From NCBI GenBank assembly GCA_963833985.1, contig CAWIAD010000001.1, forward strand, positions 1,504,001 through 1,568,000: 64,000 bases of DNA, read 5' to 3'. Origin of the DNA: an uncultured Planctomycetaceae bacterium. GTDB lineage: Bacteria > Planctomycetota > Planctomycetia > Isosphaerales > Isosphaeraceae. Shown here piece after piece: positions 42,435 through 53,021 of the stretch. Below the pieces are notes generated by a model, which worked only from the letters and a program-made list of their open reading frames with translations, did not search any database and was not told the origin of the DNA. Each line of letters starts with the position of its first letter. The first letter of the stretch is position 1. The position numbers and the translations under genes are program-made.

Positions 42435-43745
42435 CTAGCGAGCGCTCGCCGGGTGGAACAATGCCGCGACCTTCCTGGTTGGAGGCGTCAACGCCGCGCG
42501 GGGATCGGGTGCGTTGCCGTCAGGTCCGGGAGGCAGGGTGGGAAGCAGTTCTTCCAGGCTCTTGTGCTCGCCGGTGAGCGACTTCATGAAGGCCACCAGG
42601 TCCGCCGATTCCTGCTTCGTGAGCTTGAGCGGCTTGATGTCCGGATCGAGCGACGGGTTCGGGTTGCCTCCCTTGTCATAGTGCTCGACCACTTCCTCGA
42701 GCGTCTTCATGCTGCCGTCGTGCATGTACGGCCCGGTGAGCTCGATATCGCGAACCGTCGGCGTCTTGAACGCGCCGAGGTCGGCGTCGGTCTTGGCGCC
42801 GATGGGGACGGGGGCCCAGCGGCCAATGTCCTTGTGTTTCTTGGTGGCGGGGTCCCAGCCAACCCCCAGGTTGTGGAACAGCTCGTCGGTGAAGTTGGCT
42901 CCGACGTGGCAGACGGTGCACTTTGCTTTCTGGAGCTCGACGCCGTGCTTGAACTCGTCATCCGAGTTCAGCCGCAGTCCGAAAAGGACCATCCCGCGCT
43001 TCTCGCTCTCGGAGAGCGCATCGTTGTCCCCACGATTGTACTTGTCGTACCGCGAGTTGCCCGAAAGCGCGGCCACGCGCTCGAAGGTGGCAATGGCCTT
43101 GGCGGCGCCGTCGAGCGACACGTTCGTGCCGAAGACCTTCTCGAATTTGCTCTTGTAAGCGGGGATCTGGCGGAGCCGATCGACGATCTGCCGATGGGTC
43201 TGGTCGCCCATCTCGATGGGATTGATCATCGGGCCCTGCGCCTGTCCTTCCAGCGAGGGTGCCCGGCCGTCCCAGAACATGGTCTTGCCGTACACCGTGT
43301 TGATCACCGTGGGAGCGCTGCGGTTGCCGGTCTGACCTTTGATGCCCGTGGACACCGGCGCCCCATCGGTCCAGCCCTTCGCCGGGTTGTGGCAGGTGGC
43401 ACAGCTCACGGTTCCATCAAGCGAGACCCTGGGGTCGAAATAGAGTTGACGGCCCAGCTCGTACTTTCCTTTGGTGAGCGGATTGGCGGCCGGCACGACC
43501 ACCTTCGGCGTCAGCGGCTGAAGGCCCAGCGGAGGCTTGACCACGAGGGGTTCATCGGCGACAAGAGCCGGGTTGCAAACCTCGAACAGATAATAGGCAG
43601 GGCTGGTGGGATCTTCCTGCGGGGGCTTGTGGGGCTCCTCCTGTGCCGGAGCCAGGTTCCTGGAGCTGGCATGCCAGGCGCCAACCACCGCGAGCACCAG
43701 CACCACCGGGAGCAATGCCGCGATCGATCGCAAGAAACGTCGCAT
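42435..43745 (-). CDS. Diheme cytochrome c peroxidase (bCcP/MauG family)
   Basis: Signal peptide, LGRQLYFDPRVS, CATCH, FWDGRAPSLEGQ, CTVCH, FKTPTVR and PYMHDGS. Confidence 0.92.
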   Translation of the reverse strand: MRRFLRSIAALLPVVLVLAVVGAWHASSRNLAPAQEEPHKPPQEDPTSPAYYLFEVCNPALVADEPLVVKPPLGLQPLTPKVVVPAANPLTKGKYELGRQLYFDPRVSLDGTVSCATCHNPAKGWTDGAPVSTGIKGQTGNRSAPTVINTVYGKTMFWDGRAPSLEGQAQGPMINPIEMGDQTHRQIVDRLRQIPAYKSKFEKVFGTNVSLDGAAKAIATFERVAALSGNSRYDKYNRGDNDALSESEKRGMVLFGLRLNSDDEFKHGVELQKAKCTVCHVGANFTDELFHNLGVGWDPATKKHKDIGRWAPVPIGAKTDADLGAFKTPTVRDIELTGPYMHDGSMKTLEEVVEHYDKGGNPNPSLDPDIKPLKLTKQESADLVAFMKSLTGEHKSLEELLPTLPPGPDGNAPDPRAALTPPTRKVAALFHPASAR

Positions 43746-43904
43746 GATCGTCTCCACTCAAAGAGCCTGCCGGTGCGTCTCGCCTCTTCGCAAAGCGCGC
43801 AGGGGGACCGAGGTGCTCTCCGGCACGAATGAAACGGGCGTCAAGTTGCACGGCATGCCAGCCACGACCTCGCAGGCGTGCCCGGCACCGACCGCCTGCC
43901 GCGA

Positions 43905-44276
43905 TTATTTCTTCTTGGCCAGCAAACCTTCCGCGTTCCGGTGGGCCTGGTCAACCAGGTCGTCCCACTTCTCCTCAACATACTGAGGGGGACCCCCCTT
44001 GACGGCCACATGGTAGGCCACGTCGATGGTGTCCACCATGTCGATGGCATCCCAGGGACAAACCTGGGCACAATGCTTGCAGCCGATGCAACGGTCCAGA
44101 TCGATGTCGCAGAAACCCTGCAAGCCGGGATACTCGCCTGGACTCACCTTGTAGATGCAGTCCACCGGGCAGACTTCCAGGCAGGCCTCGCATCCGGTAC
44201 AACCGTCCGCGTGAATGACAGCCAGGATCTTGGGAATCACCTTGCGTGGCTTGCCGGCCAGGGACGCTGCTGCCAT
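43905..44276 (-). CDS. 2x[4Fe-4S] ferredoxin
   Basis: CTGCEACLEVCP and CIGCKHCAQVCP. Confidence 0.92.
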   Translation of the reverse strand: MAAASLAGKPRKVIPKILAVIHADGCTGCEACLEVCPVDCIYKVSPGEYPGLQGFCDIDLDRCIGCKHCAQVCPWDAIDMVDTIDVAYHVAVKGGPPQYVEEKWDDLVDQAHRNAEGLLAKKK

Positions 44277-44425
44277 GTGTCTTGGATCTCCGCGGAAGAG
44301 CAAACAGAAACTCACCCTCATCCGTCGCCAGGGATCTGCCCGGCAAGGACGACGCCCGCTGGCCATCATGGCCAATTGTAACGGCAAACCCAGAGCAGAG
44401 CGATCAACTCCTCGGACGATTTCCG

Positions 44426-44445
44426 CTTATCAATAATCATTATCG
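44426..44445. promoter_or_regulatory. Fur/PerR-like box
   Basis: cttatcaataatcattatc matches GATAATGATAATCATTATC at 14/19 positions (last 12 exact), in the divergent region upstream of the ferredoxin and peroxidase genes. Confidence 0.55.
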
Positions 44446-44553
44446 TTTCGCACCGGGTGCTGGTCAAGCAGTTCTGCGGCCTTTCTCGCTGGTTTGGCGA
44501 GGGGACGAACGAGACGGCCGAACGCGGAGCGTTTCGCAGCGAGAGGAGAGGAC

Positions 44554-44964
44554 ATGAAGCAGATTCCCCGGCTGGGCATGCGGGCCGAGCAGCTCGTGCT
44601 CGTGGGACCGCAGAACCGGATCACCTTTACCGATGCTCGAATGCCTGCCGTGCTGGCCACACCCTGGCTGATCGCGCATCTCGAGTATGCCGCGCGAGAC
44701 GCGCTCGCGGTTTGCCTGGAGGACCATGAGCGCAGCGTGGGAACCTGGATTCAGGTGGAACATCTGGCCCCTGCAACCGAGGGAGCGACCGTCACCTGCA
44801 AGGCGCGTATCATCCACGTGAACGGGGCCGTCGTGACGTTCCAGGTGGAAGCGCACGACGGCATCGAACCGATTGCGAGGGGAATCCACAAGCGGCAGGT
44901 GATTGACGTGGATCGATTCGCGCGCAGGGTGAATCGGAAGCGAGAAGCGCTCGAAGGATTGTGA
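44554..44964 (+). CDS. Hotdog-fold thioesterase (FlK-like)
   Basis: VLATPWLIAHLEYAA, SVGTWIQVEHLAPA and ARGIHKR; AGGAGAGG upstream. Confidence 0.88.
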   Translation: MKQIPRLGMRAEQLVLVGPQNRITFTDARMPAVLATPWLIAHLEYAARDALAVCLEDHERSVGTWIQVEHLAPATEGATVTCKARIIHVNGAVVTFQVEAHDGIEPIARGIHKRQVIDVDRFARRVNRKREALEGL

Positions 44965-45070
44965 TACGATCGGGAGCGACTCACGCCGCGGCGCAGCACG
45001 TAGATCCGAGCCCACCATCGCGCCGCGCTTTGCTTCTGGTGTTCCGCTCCGCGCGGAGAAAGGCACGACG

Positions 45071-47317
45071 ATGATCGGTCCATGCCTCGGGCGGCTGCTG
45101 ATTCTCCCCTTGGTACTGGCTCTGGCCGGCGCCGGCGGAGTCCCGTTTGCCTTCCGCAGTGCTACCCGCCGGGCTTGGCGTGGCCACGCACTTCACCGAC
45201 CCGGCACCCGGCGAGATGGAGCGGATGGCGGAAGCGGGCTGGGCCATGATCCGCACCGACCTGATCTGGCAGGCCGTGGAACGGACGCCAGGCCACTACG
45301 ACTTTGCAGCCTACGACCGGCTGCAAGCACAACTGAAGCACGCCGGGATCCGCCCCATGTTTATCCTGGATTACGGCAACCGCCTGTACGACGGCGGCCG
45401 ATCGCCGCACACGGCTCAGGCCCGCGCCGCCTTTGCCCGCTTCGCGGCCGCGGCCGCCGCCCATTTTCGCGGTCAGGGCGTGGTCTGGGAAATCTGGAAC
45501 GAGCCCAACATCGTCCAGTTCTGGAAGCCCGAGCCCGACGCGCAAGCCTACGCGCGGCTTGCAATGGAAACCGCGCAGGCAATCCGGGAAGCCGATCCTG
45601 AGGCCCTGATCCTGCGCCTGGCTCTTCCGAACTTCCCTGGAAGTACCTCGAAACCCTCTTCGCCGCCGGCTTGCTGGACCGGATCGATGGCGTTTCGGTG
45701 CACCCTTATCGCGGATCGCCTCCCGAGACGGCCCTGGCGGATTACGGGCGCCTGCGTGCCCTCATCGCGCGGCACGCCGCGCCAGCCAGGCGCATGCTGC
45801 CGATTGTCTCCTCGGAGTGGGGTTACTCCACGGCAAAAGGCGAGTTGAGCGAATCGCGACAGGCCGACTACCTGGCCCGGCAGTGGCTGGCAAATTATGC
45901 CGCGGGCGTGAACTTGTCCATTTTCTACGACTGGCGTGACGACGGCAACGACCCGGTTGAGCGCGAACACCGGTTCGGTACCGTCCGCCGTGGCTTCGAG
46001 CCCAAACCCTCTTTCCTGGCCGCACAACGGTTGATCCGGACGCTGCGCGGTTTCACGTTCCGGCATCGGCTGGCTGGCGGCTCACCGTCGGACTGGAGGC
46101 TGCTCTTCCAGAAGAGCGACGATCCGGATCAGCTCGTCCTGGTGGAATGGTCGGCCGACCCTCGCGCCGCGGCCGATCTGCAAACGCCCCGCTATCAGGC
46201 GTTGCGCGGCGACAGCGCCGCAGCCAGGCCCTTGCGTGCGCTGGCAGACGTGCGGTTCCCCGCCGGCCCACTGGCCGAAACACAAGGAGAGCCGGTTGAG
46301 CTGCCGCTTGTGGTGACCAACCCGCAGCGTCAACCGGCCCACGTTCGACTGATCGCGGAGGTGCCGGGGCAGACCGGGCAGAGCACGCGGGACTTGACCG
46401 TGGGTCCCGGAGAGCAGACCACCGCGTCGTTTGCTCTGCCGGGCGCCTCGCTGCGCACGGAGCACCGCCAGGTCCAGCTCAGCGTCCGCTGGAACGACGC
46501 CGCGCTGCCCGCGATGGCACCGCTCGAGGTCTGGCGCGCGGATCCGCTCTCCATCACCGCCGCGCCGCGGCAGAACGACCTGGAAGTCGCCGTTGAGAAC
46601 CCCGCGCGAACACTCTTCTCCGGCGAGCTGCACCTCCTTCCGGAGGATCATGGTACACAGGCGACAACCGTGCGGATCGAAGCGGGGCAGGATCGTGCGG
46701 TTTACCACCTTCCCCTCCGGGCCGGCGTTCACCGCGTGGCCTTGCTCGACGTAAAGAACCACCCGGTGGCAGAGCTCGAGCCCGTGCGATACCAGGCGGC
46801 GGAGGGATTCACCACCACCAGCCAGCCCTCGGGCAACTTTGATGCAATCCTGCATGTCAACAACGCTCCGCAGGCCCCGCGCCCGTTACCGGTCGTGGCC
46901 ACCGCTCGCGAAGCCCCGGCGCCGTCGGCCGTCGAGGTTTCCTACCGTTTTGACGCCGGCTGGCGCTACCTGGTCGTGGCGTCACGCCGGCCATTGGTGG
47001 TTCCCGGAGACGCCAGGGCCGCATTGATCTGGGTGCGCGGCAATGACTCGGGAAGTTTCCTGCGCAGCAGGCTTACCGACGCGACGGGCCAGACGTTCCA
47101 GCCCGACCTGGGCCGGCTCGACTGGCAAGGCTGGCGTCCCCTGCGCGTCGACCTGCACACGCTCGGCCGCGCCGGACACTGGGGAGGCGCCGGTGATGGG
47201 GTACCCCATGGCCCCTTGACGTGGGAAGCACTGCTCCTGATCGACTCATCGCGCAAGCCGCAAGCGCAGCAACAGTCGATCCAGGTCGCTTCACTGCTTT
47301 ACGAGCTGGGCGAATGA
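45071..47317 (+). CDS. Exported clan GH-A glycoside hydrolase (GH5/GH39-like) with C-terminal carbohydrate-binding-like domain; frameshifts near 45150 and 45620
   Basis: Signal peptide; IRTDLIWQAVE, YDFAAYD and WEIWNEPN (acid/base), then VSVHPY, SSEWGYS (nucleophile) and FYDWRDD, spread across three overlapping frames. Confidence 0.8.
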
Positions 47318-47348
47318 TCCCTCGGGTTCGCAGCCCTGTGGCCGGAAG

Positions 47349-47879
47349 TCAGCCCGCCCGTTCGCTGGCGAGATCGCGGTCGAACTCGCCAGAGCGATGC
47401 CGGCGCGCGTTCTCGACGTAATGCCGCCAGGTCCGCTCGATCCGTGCCGCAGCCGATTCGTCCACGGGGCGAACGACTCTCGCCGGCGAGCCGACCACAA
47501 GTGAGCCGGGCGGCACTTCCATCCCTTCCAGCAGAAGAGCCCCTGCGCCCACCACCGACCCGCTGCCAATGCGCACACGGTTCAGCAGAATGGCTCCCAT
47601 GCCTATCAGGCAGTCGTCCTCGACCACGCAGCCGTGCAGGATCACCCGGTGGCCCACGGTGACCCGGCTGCCGATCAGGCAGGGCACACCCGGATCGGCA
47701 TGGACCATCGTGAAGTCCTGGAGGTTGGTCCCGGCCCCGATCCGGATCCGCTCGGTATCACCCCGGATCACGGTGTGATACCAGACGCTGGCATCAGTTC
47801 CGATGTGGACATCGCCGAGCACGATCGCGCCGGGGGCGATGAAAACCGAAGGATCGATGAGGGGAGGCAAGGCGTCCAC
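47349..47879 (-). CDS. Gamma carbonic anhydrase family protein
   Basis: Hexapeptide repeats with VIRGD, NLQDFTMVH, TVGHRVILHGC and LIGMGA. The start is uncertain. Confidence 0.92.
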   Translation of the reverse strand: MDALPPLIDPSVFIAPGAIVLGDVHIGTDASVWYHTVIRGDTERIRIGAGTNLQDFTMVHADPGVPCLIGSRVTVGHRVILHGCVVEDDCLIGMGAILLNRVRIGSGSVVGAGALLLEGMEVPPGSLVVGSPARVVRPVDESAAARIERTWRHYVENARRHRSGEFDRDLASERAG

Positions 47880-47989
47880 TCCATTTTTTGTAACGGCCGG
47901 GAATCGGAGATCGCTCGAGCGCGCCGCTCGATCATGGCATACGGCCATCCCGGATTCTCACCGATTCCGCGGGCATCTGCCCCGGCTCA

Positions 47990-48024
47990 GCACAGCCGGC
48001 CACGGGGAATGTGGCCGGTTGTGC
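47990..48024. terminator. Hairpin downstream of the beta-propeller gene
   Basis: gcacagccggccac-ggggaat-gtggccggttgtgc forms a 14-bp stem with one non-Watson-Crick pair. Confidence 0.45.
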
Positions 48025-48093
48025 CGGCCCATCAGCCAGGCATCGCGGGAAACAAGAATGGATCGCCCGCGGGGTGTGTCCTTCTGTGCAGGA

Positions 48094-49287
48094 TCACGGG
48101 GCGAAGGCATAGACATTGCCGTCAGACCCCGCGACGTACAGCGATCCGTCGCTGAAGGCCATGACGCCAGAAACGGCGTACGACCATATGGCCTTCCTGC
48201 CGCCGATCGAGATTGCGTACGTCTCGGTACCCGTACTGGCGAAGACGAGATTATCAGTCACGATGAGCGGGCCAGCGAGCGATCCCGATGGCGGCGTCCA
48301 GGTCCAGACCGTCTTGCCGGTCGTCGCGGCCAGGACATTGAGCGCACCGTTGTTGACGACGTACAGGTGGCCCTTGGACAGGCTGGGCTGACCGGAGAAA
48401 CTACTGGTCAGGCTCCAGCGGATCTTCGGCGTATGGGTGCTGTCGAGCTGGGTATTCCAGGAAACCAGCCGGCCGCCGTTGATGGTGAACGCTTCGTGGT
48501 TTGGACCCAGCACCACCGCCGAATTCATGGTGTAGCCATTCCAGGAATAGACCGGGTCGACGACCTTCGCGGCCGTTGAGCCATCGCTCAGCTTGATCAT
48601 CGTGAAGACGCCCTCGATGGGCACGATGTCGCCGCTGCCGGTGTAAGCGTAGGCGTAGGTGCCGTCGATGGCGGGCGTCCAGCCGTCATACTGCGGCACC
48701 GTGCCGAACCAGTTCTGGTTGCCGGTCGAGGCGTTGTACGAGTACATGCCTCCGTAATAGCCGCCGCCGGTGTAGATGTTGGTGCCGTATGGTGTGGGGT
48801 TCAGATAGGTCTCCCATTGCGCCTGGTAGGAGGTGCTGAAAACGATCGCGCCGCTACTGGCGTCAAAGGCGTTCAGGTAGTTGCCGCCGACGTAGGTATT
48901 GCCGTCGCTCTGCACGAAGAACGTGTTGTTGGCGTAGGCCGGCGGGCTGGTTGTGTCGTTATTCGTGCCGAAGGCATGGTTCCAGAGCAGGCTCCCCGTG
49001 GACTGGTTGAGGGCCGTGACGCTCGTGTCGATGTTGAACCGAGCCTGGTTGGTGACGACCACGGTGCTGCCCCCGACGGCAATGCCATTGAGTGCATTGG
49101 CCGAGGCCTCTGCCTTCCATATCAGCTTGGCATGTGTGAAATTGTAATGTCCGGCGACATACCCGGTGTGTGCCGCGTTGCCCTGGTAGGTGGGCCAGTC
49201 AGCGCGGGCTTCAAGAAGCCCGGCACAGCAGGCCAGGCTGAGGACTCCAAGCAGCGCGCATCTCTGCGTGCGTCGGCAGATGCTCAT
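48094..49287 (-). CDS. Exported PQQ-like beta-propeller repeat protein
   Basis: Signal peptide, DWPTYQGNAAHTG and repeated A....TG...W blades ending GSDGNVYAF. Confidence 0.88.
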   Translation of the reverse strand: MSICRRTQRCALLGVLSLACCAGLLEARADWPTYQGNAAHTGYVAGHYNFTHAKLIWKAEASANALNGIAVGGSTVVVTNQARFNIDTSVTALNQSTGSLLWNHAFGTNNDTTSPPAYANNTFFVQSDGNTYVGGNYLNAFDASSGAIVFSTSYQAQWETYLNPTPYGTNIYTGGGYYGGMYSYNASTGNQNWFGTVPQYDGWTPAIDGTYAYAYTGSGDIVPIEGVFTMIKLSDGSTAAKVVDPVYSWNGYTMNSAVVLGPNHEAFTINGGRLVSWNTQLDSTHTPKIRWSLTSSFSGQPSLSKGHLYVVNNGALNVLAATTGKTVWTWTPPSGSLAGPLIVTDNLVFASTGTETYAISIGGRKAIWSYAVSGVMAFSDGSLYVAGSDGNVYAFAP

Positions 49288-49652
49288 CTTCGACTCCTGG
49301 ATGCAGGTTGTGGTCACGCCAGCCGACATCGCCCCGGACGCCGGCACCGAGCCGGAAGCTCACTCTCGCCGCTGAAAAGGTCCCGAACAGATTCGTGGAG
49401 AGTGAGCTTCCAAGAGGTGCAGGATTGTGGTTAGGGCCATGCATCAATGTCAAGACCATAGGCTGCCTCCATCAAATCTTCTCGCGATTCGCTGTTCCCA
49501 GGCAACTGGCCCCCTGGCCACAGGTCGTTCCGGAAAGCCGCCGGGCATTTTCCGAGAAAAAACGCAAGCGAGATCAGGAAAGAATAGACAGTTGCCGAAG
49601 CGGGAGGCTAAACTCGCACCGCAATTGTCGACTCTCATACAGGCAATCACTC

Positions 49653-49790
49653 GTGCCACCAACTTCCGTCAGTCTTCTCGATCGCCTGAGAGATGCGCCG
49701 CTGGATGCGGTGGACTGGGGCAGGCTGCAAAAGAGCGACCTGCCGTTGATCACGCGGTGGCCAGGGCGCATTCTGGGCTCGCTCACGAGA
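49653..49790 (+). pseudogene. Remnant of an ECF sigma factor N-terminus upstream of the kinase
   Basis: PTSVSLLDRLRDAPLDAVDWGRLQKSDLPLITRW resembles the planctomycete ECF start T..SLL.RL....D...W......Y.PLI..W. It terminates early. Confidence 0.6.
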
Positions 49791-50026
49791 CGGATGAACT
49801 CTCGCCATCGGCGGTGAACAAGCTGCCCTCGTTGCGTCCGAACTGGATCTCAATGTCAATTCCGTACGTCGGGCCAGGTTGCGCGTACTCAAGAGGCTGC
49901 GGGAAAACTCCGGCGAACTGCCCGGCGCGCTGGTAGATCCTCGGGACGAGAACGCCGATTGCGGTGCGGTGTGCGGTTCGCGGATCAGGAGCATAGCCGC
50001 CGAAGCGCGAGCAGGGGACCAGGCCC

Positions 50027-52837
50027 ATGCCGGACGCTCTTTCCCAACATCCCACAGATCAGACGCTCCGGTCCTTCTCCCGTAACACCCTGGACCGGCG
50101 CGAGGCGGACACAGTGCGGGAACATCTGGGGAGCTGCCGAGCCTGCCTCGTCCGGGTTGCGACCCTGACAGAGGAGCTGGCCCGCCAACGCCCGGCAAAA
50201 CTTCTTGAGCGTCCCGATTCTGCGCCTCCGGCGGGGTCGTCGCTGGATCTTGAAGTCAAGTTGCCTGCGAACGCGGACTCCGAGCCCGCGCTGGAGCCGG
50301 AAACGCTGCCGCCCGGGCTCGCGGAGCATCGAGATTACCGTATTGTCCGCGAGCTGGGCCGGGGTGGGATGGGCGTGGTGTACCTTGCCGAAAACCTGCT
50401 CCTGGGGCGCCACGAGGTGCTCAAGGTCATGGGCCGGAACATCATCGAGAAGCCCGGGGTGCTCGACCGTTTCCTGCGCGAGATCCGTTCCGTGGCGCAG
50501 CTGCGCCATCCCAACATCGTCGCGGGGTACTCCGCCTTTCGGCTGCCAGACAGCATCGTGTTCGCGATGGAATACGTGGAAGGATACGACCTGTCCAAGC
50601 TGGTGAAAGCCCGGGGAGCGCTTTCGATTGCCCATGCCGCGAATTTCGCGTACCAGGCGGCTCAGGGCTTGCAGCACGCGCACGAAGCAGGGATGGTCCA
50701 TCGCGACATCAAGCCCGGCAACCTGATGCTCTCCCGCCAGGGCGGCCGCGCCCTCATCAAGGTCCTCGATTTCGGCCTGGCCAAGGCCACCCGGGAGCAG
50801 CCGCTGGAGCGCAATCTGACCCACGAGGGACAGATGCTCGGCACGCCCGATTACATCGCTCCCGAGCAGACCCTGGATGCCCAGAGCGCCGATATCCGGG
50901 CCGACATCTACAGCCTGGGCTGCACGCTCTACTACCTGCTCAAGGGCGGCCCGCCGTTCCACGCGTCGAGCCTCTTCGAGATCCTCCAGGCGCATCAGTC
51001 GAAGGAGCCGGAACCCCTTGACAGAGTGCGGGCCGATGTGCCGGTGGAACTGACGAGAGTGCTCGCCAGGATGATGGCCAAGCGGCCGGAAGACCGTTTT
51101 CTGAATCCGGCGGAGGCGGCCCAGGCGCTGCGGCCGTTCTTCAAGGGTACCGGAACCTCGCCCGTTCGCTCCGTCGCAAGTCCTGCCGTGACGCCGCCGG
51201 CTCCACCACCGTCCGATTCCTGTTTGCCCGCGGGCCAGATCGCAACGGCTTCGCCAGCTTCACACGGGCCGCAGACCGCCCCGGGCCGCGCAGTGATCGC
51301 CTCCGGGCCAGGAACTGTCCCAAACATCGCTCTGGTCGACGAAATCCATGACACCGCAGAATCCTCGATGCCCTGGAAAAGCGTGCCCGTGTGGACCTGG
51401 CCTGGCGTGGGCGCGGTTCTGCTGCTGATCGCGGGGCTGTTCTTCCTGATCCCTGCGCGCTCCGCCCAGAAGCCGACCGCGGGCCGGAGCGAGCAAGCAG
51501 GCCAGGCTCACGAAGGCCCGGCCGCATCGTCTCCGGTGTTGACGGATCTGCCACGCCGCGATCATCCGGGCCCGGCGCCGGCGCCCAGCGACGCTCGCGG
51601 GCAAGCGGCTGCTCCACCAGCAAGAACCACCGAGCCAGCACACGCAGCGATCCCCAGCCCCGACAAGCTTGCCCTGGCGGAGAACGCATCCGCGACCGCC
51701 GCATCCGGCACAGAGAGCCGTTCGCCGTCCTTGCCCGGGGCGCCACCTCGGATCAGCCATGACACTCCCGACCTGCGGCCGGCATCGCTGCCGATTGTGC
51801 CGCCGCCTCCACCCCGGCCATTCCCCGCTGACGCAACGGCCCGGTTGAAGCTGCCTCCCGCGCTCGGTGATCGGGCAACCCCACACGATCTGCTGCGGCA
51901 TGCGGAGCGGGTGTTGATGCAGATGAAGTACATGAAACAACCCCAGAAGGATCGGATCCGTGTTCACGTGGTCGGCGACCTCGGCGCGTTACTCCGCAAC
52001 CCCAACCGCAAGGGCGGGCTGTCGGCTCAAATGCACGAGGTGGAGCGGATCAAGCAGGAAGTCGAGACGCTCGAGGACTCGTCCCTCAATCCGGCCAACC
52101 TCAGCAAGCTGAAAGAGGCCACCACTGCGCTGGAGTGCGCCGTGACGATGGTGAAGGAAGGCATCAAGGTGATCCTCCGCGAGCCGGCCGCTCGCACCGG
52201 TCAGCCCGCGGTCTCCGGGCTGCCGCACCGTGACGCTTCCTCCTGGCGGGTGAATCTGCTTCCCGTGAGCTTCAGGCTGACTGCCGAGGATGACGAACGT
52301 CCTCCCGGATCATTCTGGCCCGAGCTCAGCCTCACGCGGACAGAAGGCTGGCTGGTAGGCGATCCCGCCTCCATCAGGCAAACGAGCAAGGGGGTGATCC
52401 TGGAGGCGGGACGGGCCGGCAACCTGCTGTTGACGCGTAAGAGTGACTACACGAAGTGCCTGATCAGCATTCGCCTCGCCGCTTTTGCCGATTCGGAAGC
52501 CTACCTGGCCCTGCGTGCCGGGCGCGGGCCGGAGGGATGGCACGCGGTCACCTCTCGGATCGTCGGCCAGGATGGAGACGTGCGATCGGGATTCTGCTCC
52601 TTCGACTTCGAGACCAGGGAACGGGGCCACCAGGCCGCGGAGAAGCCCGCGGGCAAGACGTTCGCAATCCGGTTCGAGATCGATGACAAGGATTCTGCAC
52701 GCGTGTTCGTGAACGGGCAACAGACATCGACCGTGCTCCATCTTGGTGGTCCCGTGCCGGAGTACGTGGGCTCGGTCGGTCTGTTCGTCCGTACCGGGAA
52801 ACTGCAAATCGAAAGTGTGGAAGTGGCCGACAGGTAA
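50027..52837 (+). CDS. Membrane Ser/Thr kinase with an N-terminal HxxxCxxC zinc-finger-like segment and a C-terminal DUF1080-like domain
   Basis: EHLGSCRAC, LGRGGMGVVY, HRDIKPGNL, DFGLAK, GTPDYIAPEQ, a TM helix (VGAVLLLIAGLFFLI), Pro-rich linkers and a beta-rich C-terminus. Confidence 0.9.
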   Translation: MPDALSQHPTDQTLRSFSRNTLDRREADTVREHLGSCRACLVRVATLTEELARQRPAKLLERPDSAPPAGSSLDLEVKLPANADSEPALEPETLPPGLAEHRDYRIVRELGRGGMGVVYLAENLLLGRHEVLKVMGRNIIEKPGVLDRFLREIRSVAQLRHPNIVAGYSAFRLPDSIVFAMEYVEGYDLSKLVKARGALSIAHAANFAYQAAQGLQHAHEAGMVHRDIKPGNLMLSRQGGRALIKVLDFGLAKATREQPLERNLTHEGQMLGTPDYIAPEQTLDAQSADIRADIYSLGCTLYYLLKGGPPFHASSLFEILQAHQSKEPEPLDRVRADVPVELTRVLARMMAKRPEDRFLNPAEAAQALRPFFKGTGTSPVRSVASPAVTPPAPPPSDSCLPAGQIATASPASHGPQTAPGRAVIASGPGTVPNIALVDEIHDTAESSMPWKSVPVWTWPGVGAVLLLIAGLFFLIPARSAQKPTAGRSEQAGQAHEGPAASSPVLTDLPRRDHPGPAPAPSDARGQAAAPPARTTEPAHAAIPSPDKLALAENASATAASGTESRSPSLPGAPPRISHDTPDLRPASLPIVPPPPPRPFPADATARLKLPPALGDRATPHDLLRHAERVLMQMKYMKQPQKDRIRVHVVGDLGALLRNPNRKGGLSAQMHEVERIKQEVETLEDSSLNPANLSKLKEATTALECAVTMVKEGIKVILREPAARTGQPAVSGLPHRDASSWRVNLLPVSFRLTAEDDERPPGSFWPELSLTRTEGWLVGDPASIRQTSKGVILEAGRAGNLLLTRKSDYTKCLISIRLAAFADSEAYLALRAGRGPEGWHAVTSRIVGQDGDVRSGFCSFDFETRERGHQAAEKPAGKTFAIRFEIDDKDSARVFVNGQQTSTVLHLGGPVPEYVGSVGLFVRTGKLQIESVEVADR

Positions 52838-53021
52838 GCCTCTTCTGGACCGGTCGTCCCTTTCCGCAACGGTCCTTTCGAGCCTCGAATTCTCCCCGAG
52901 GCCGACTCCAGGAAACATCTCCATTTTCATGTCAGGCGCGTCTGGCGGGTGGACTTCTCTTGCTGGTGTTTGTGCGATCGGATGGTTTCAAACTGGACAG
53001 GAGCCAAGAAGGGAGGGTCCC

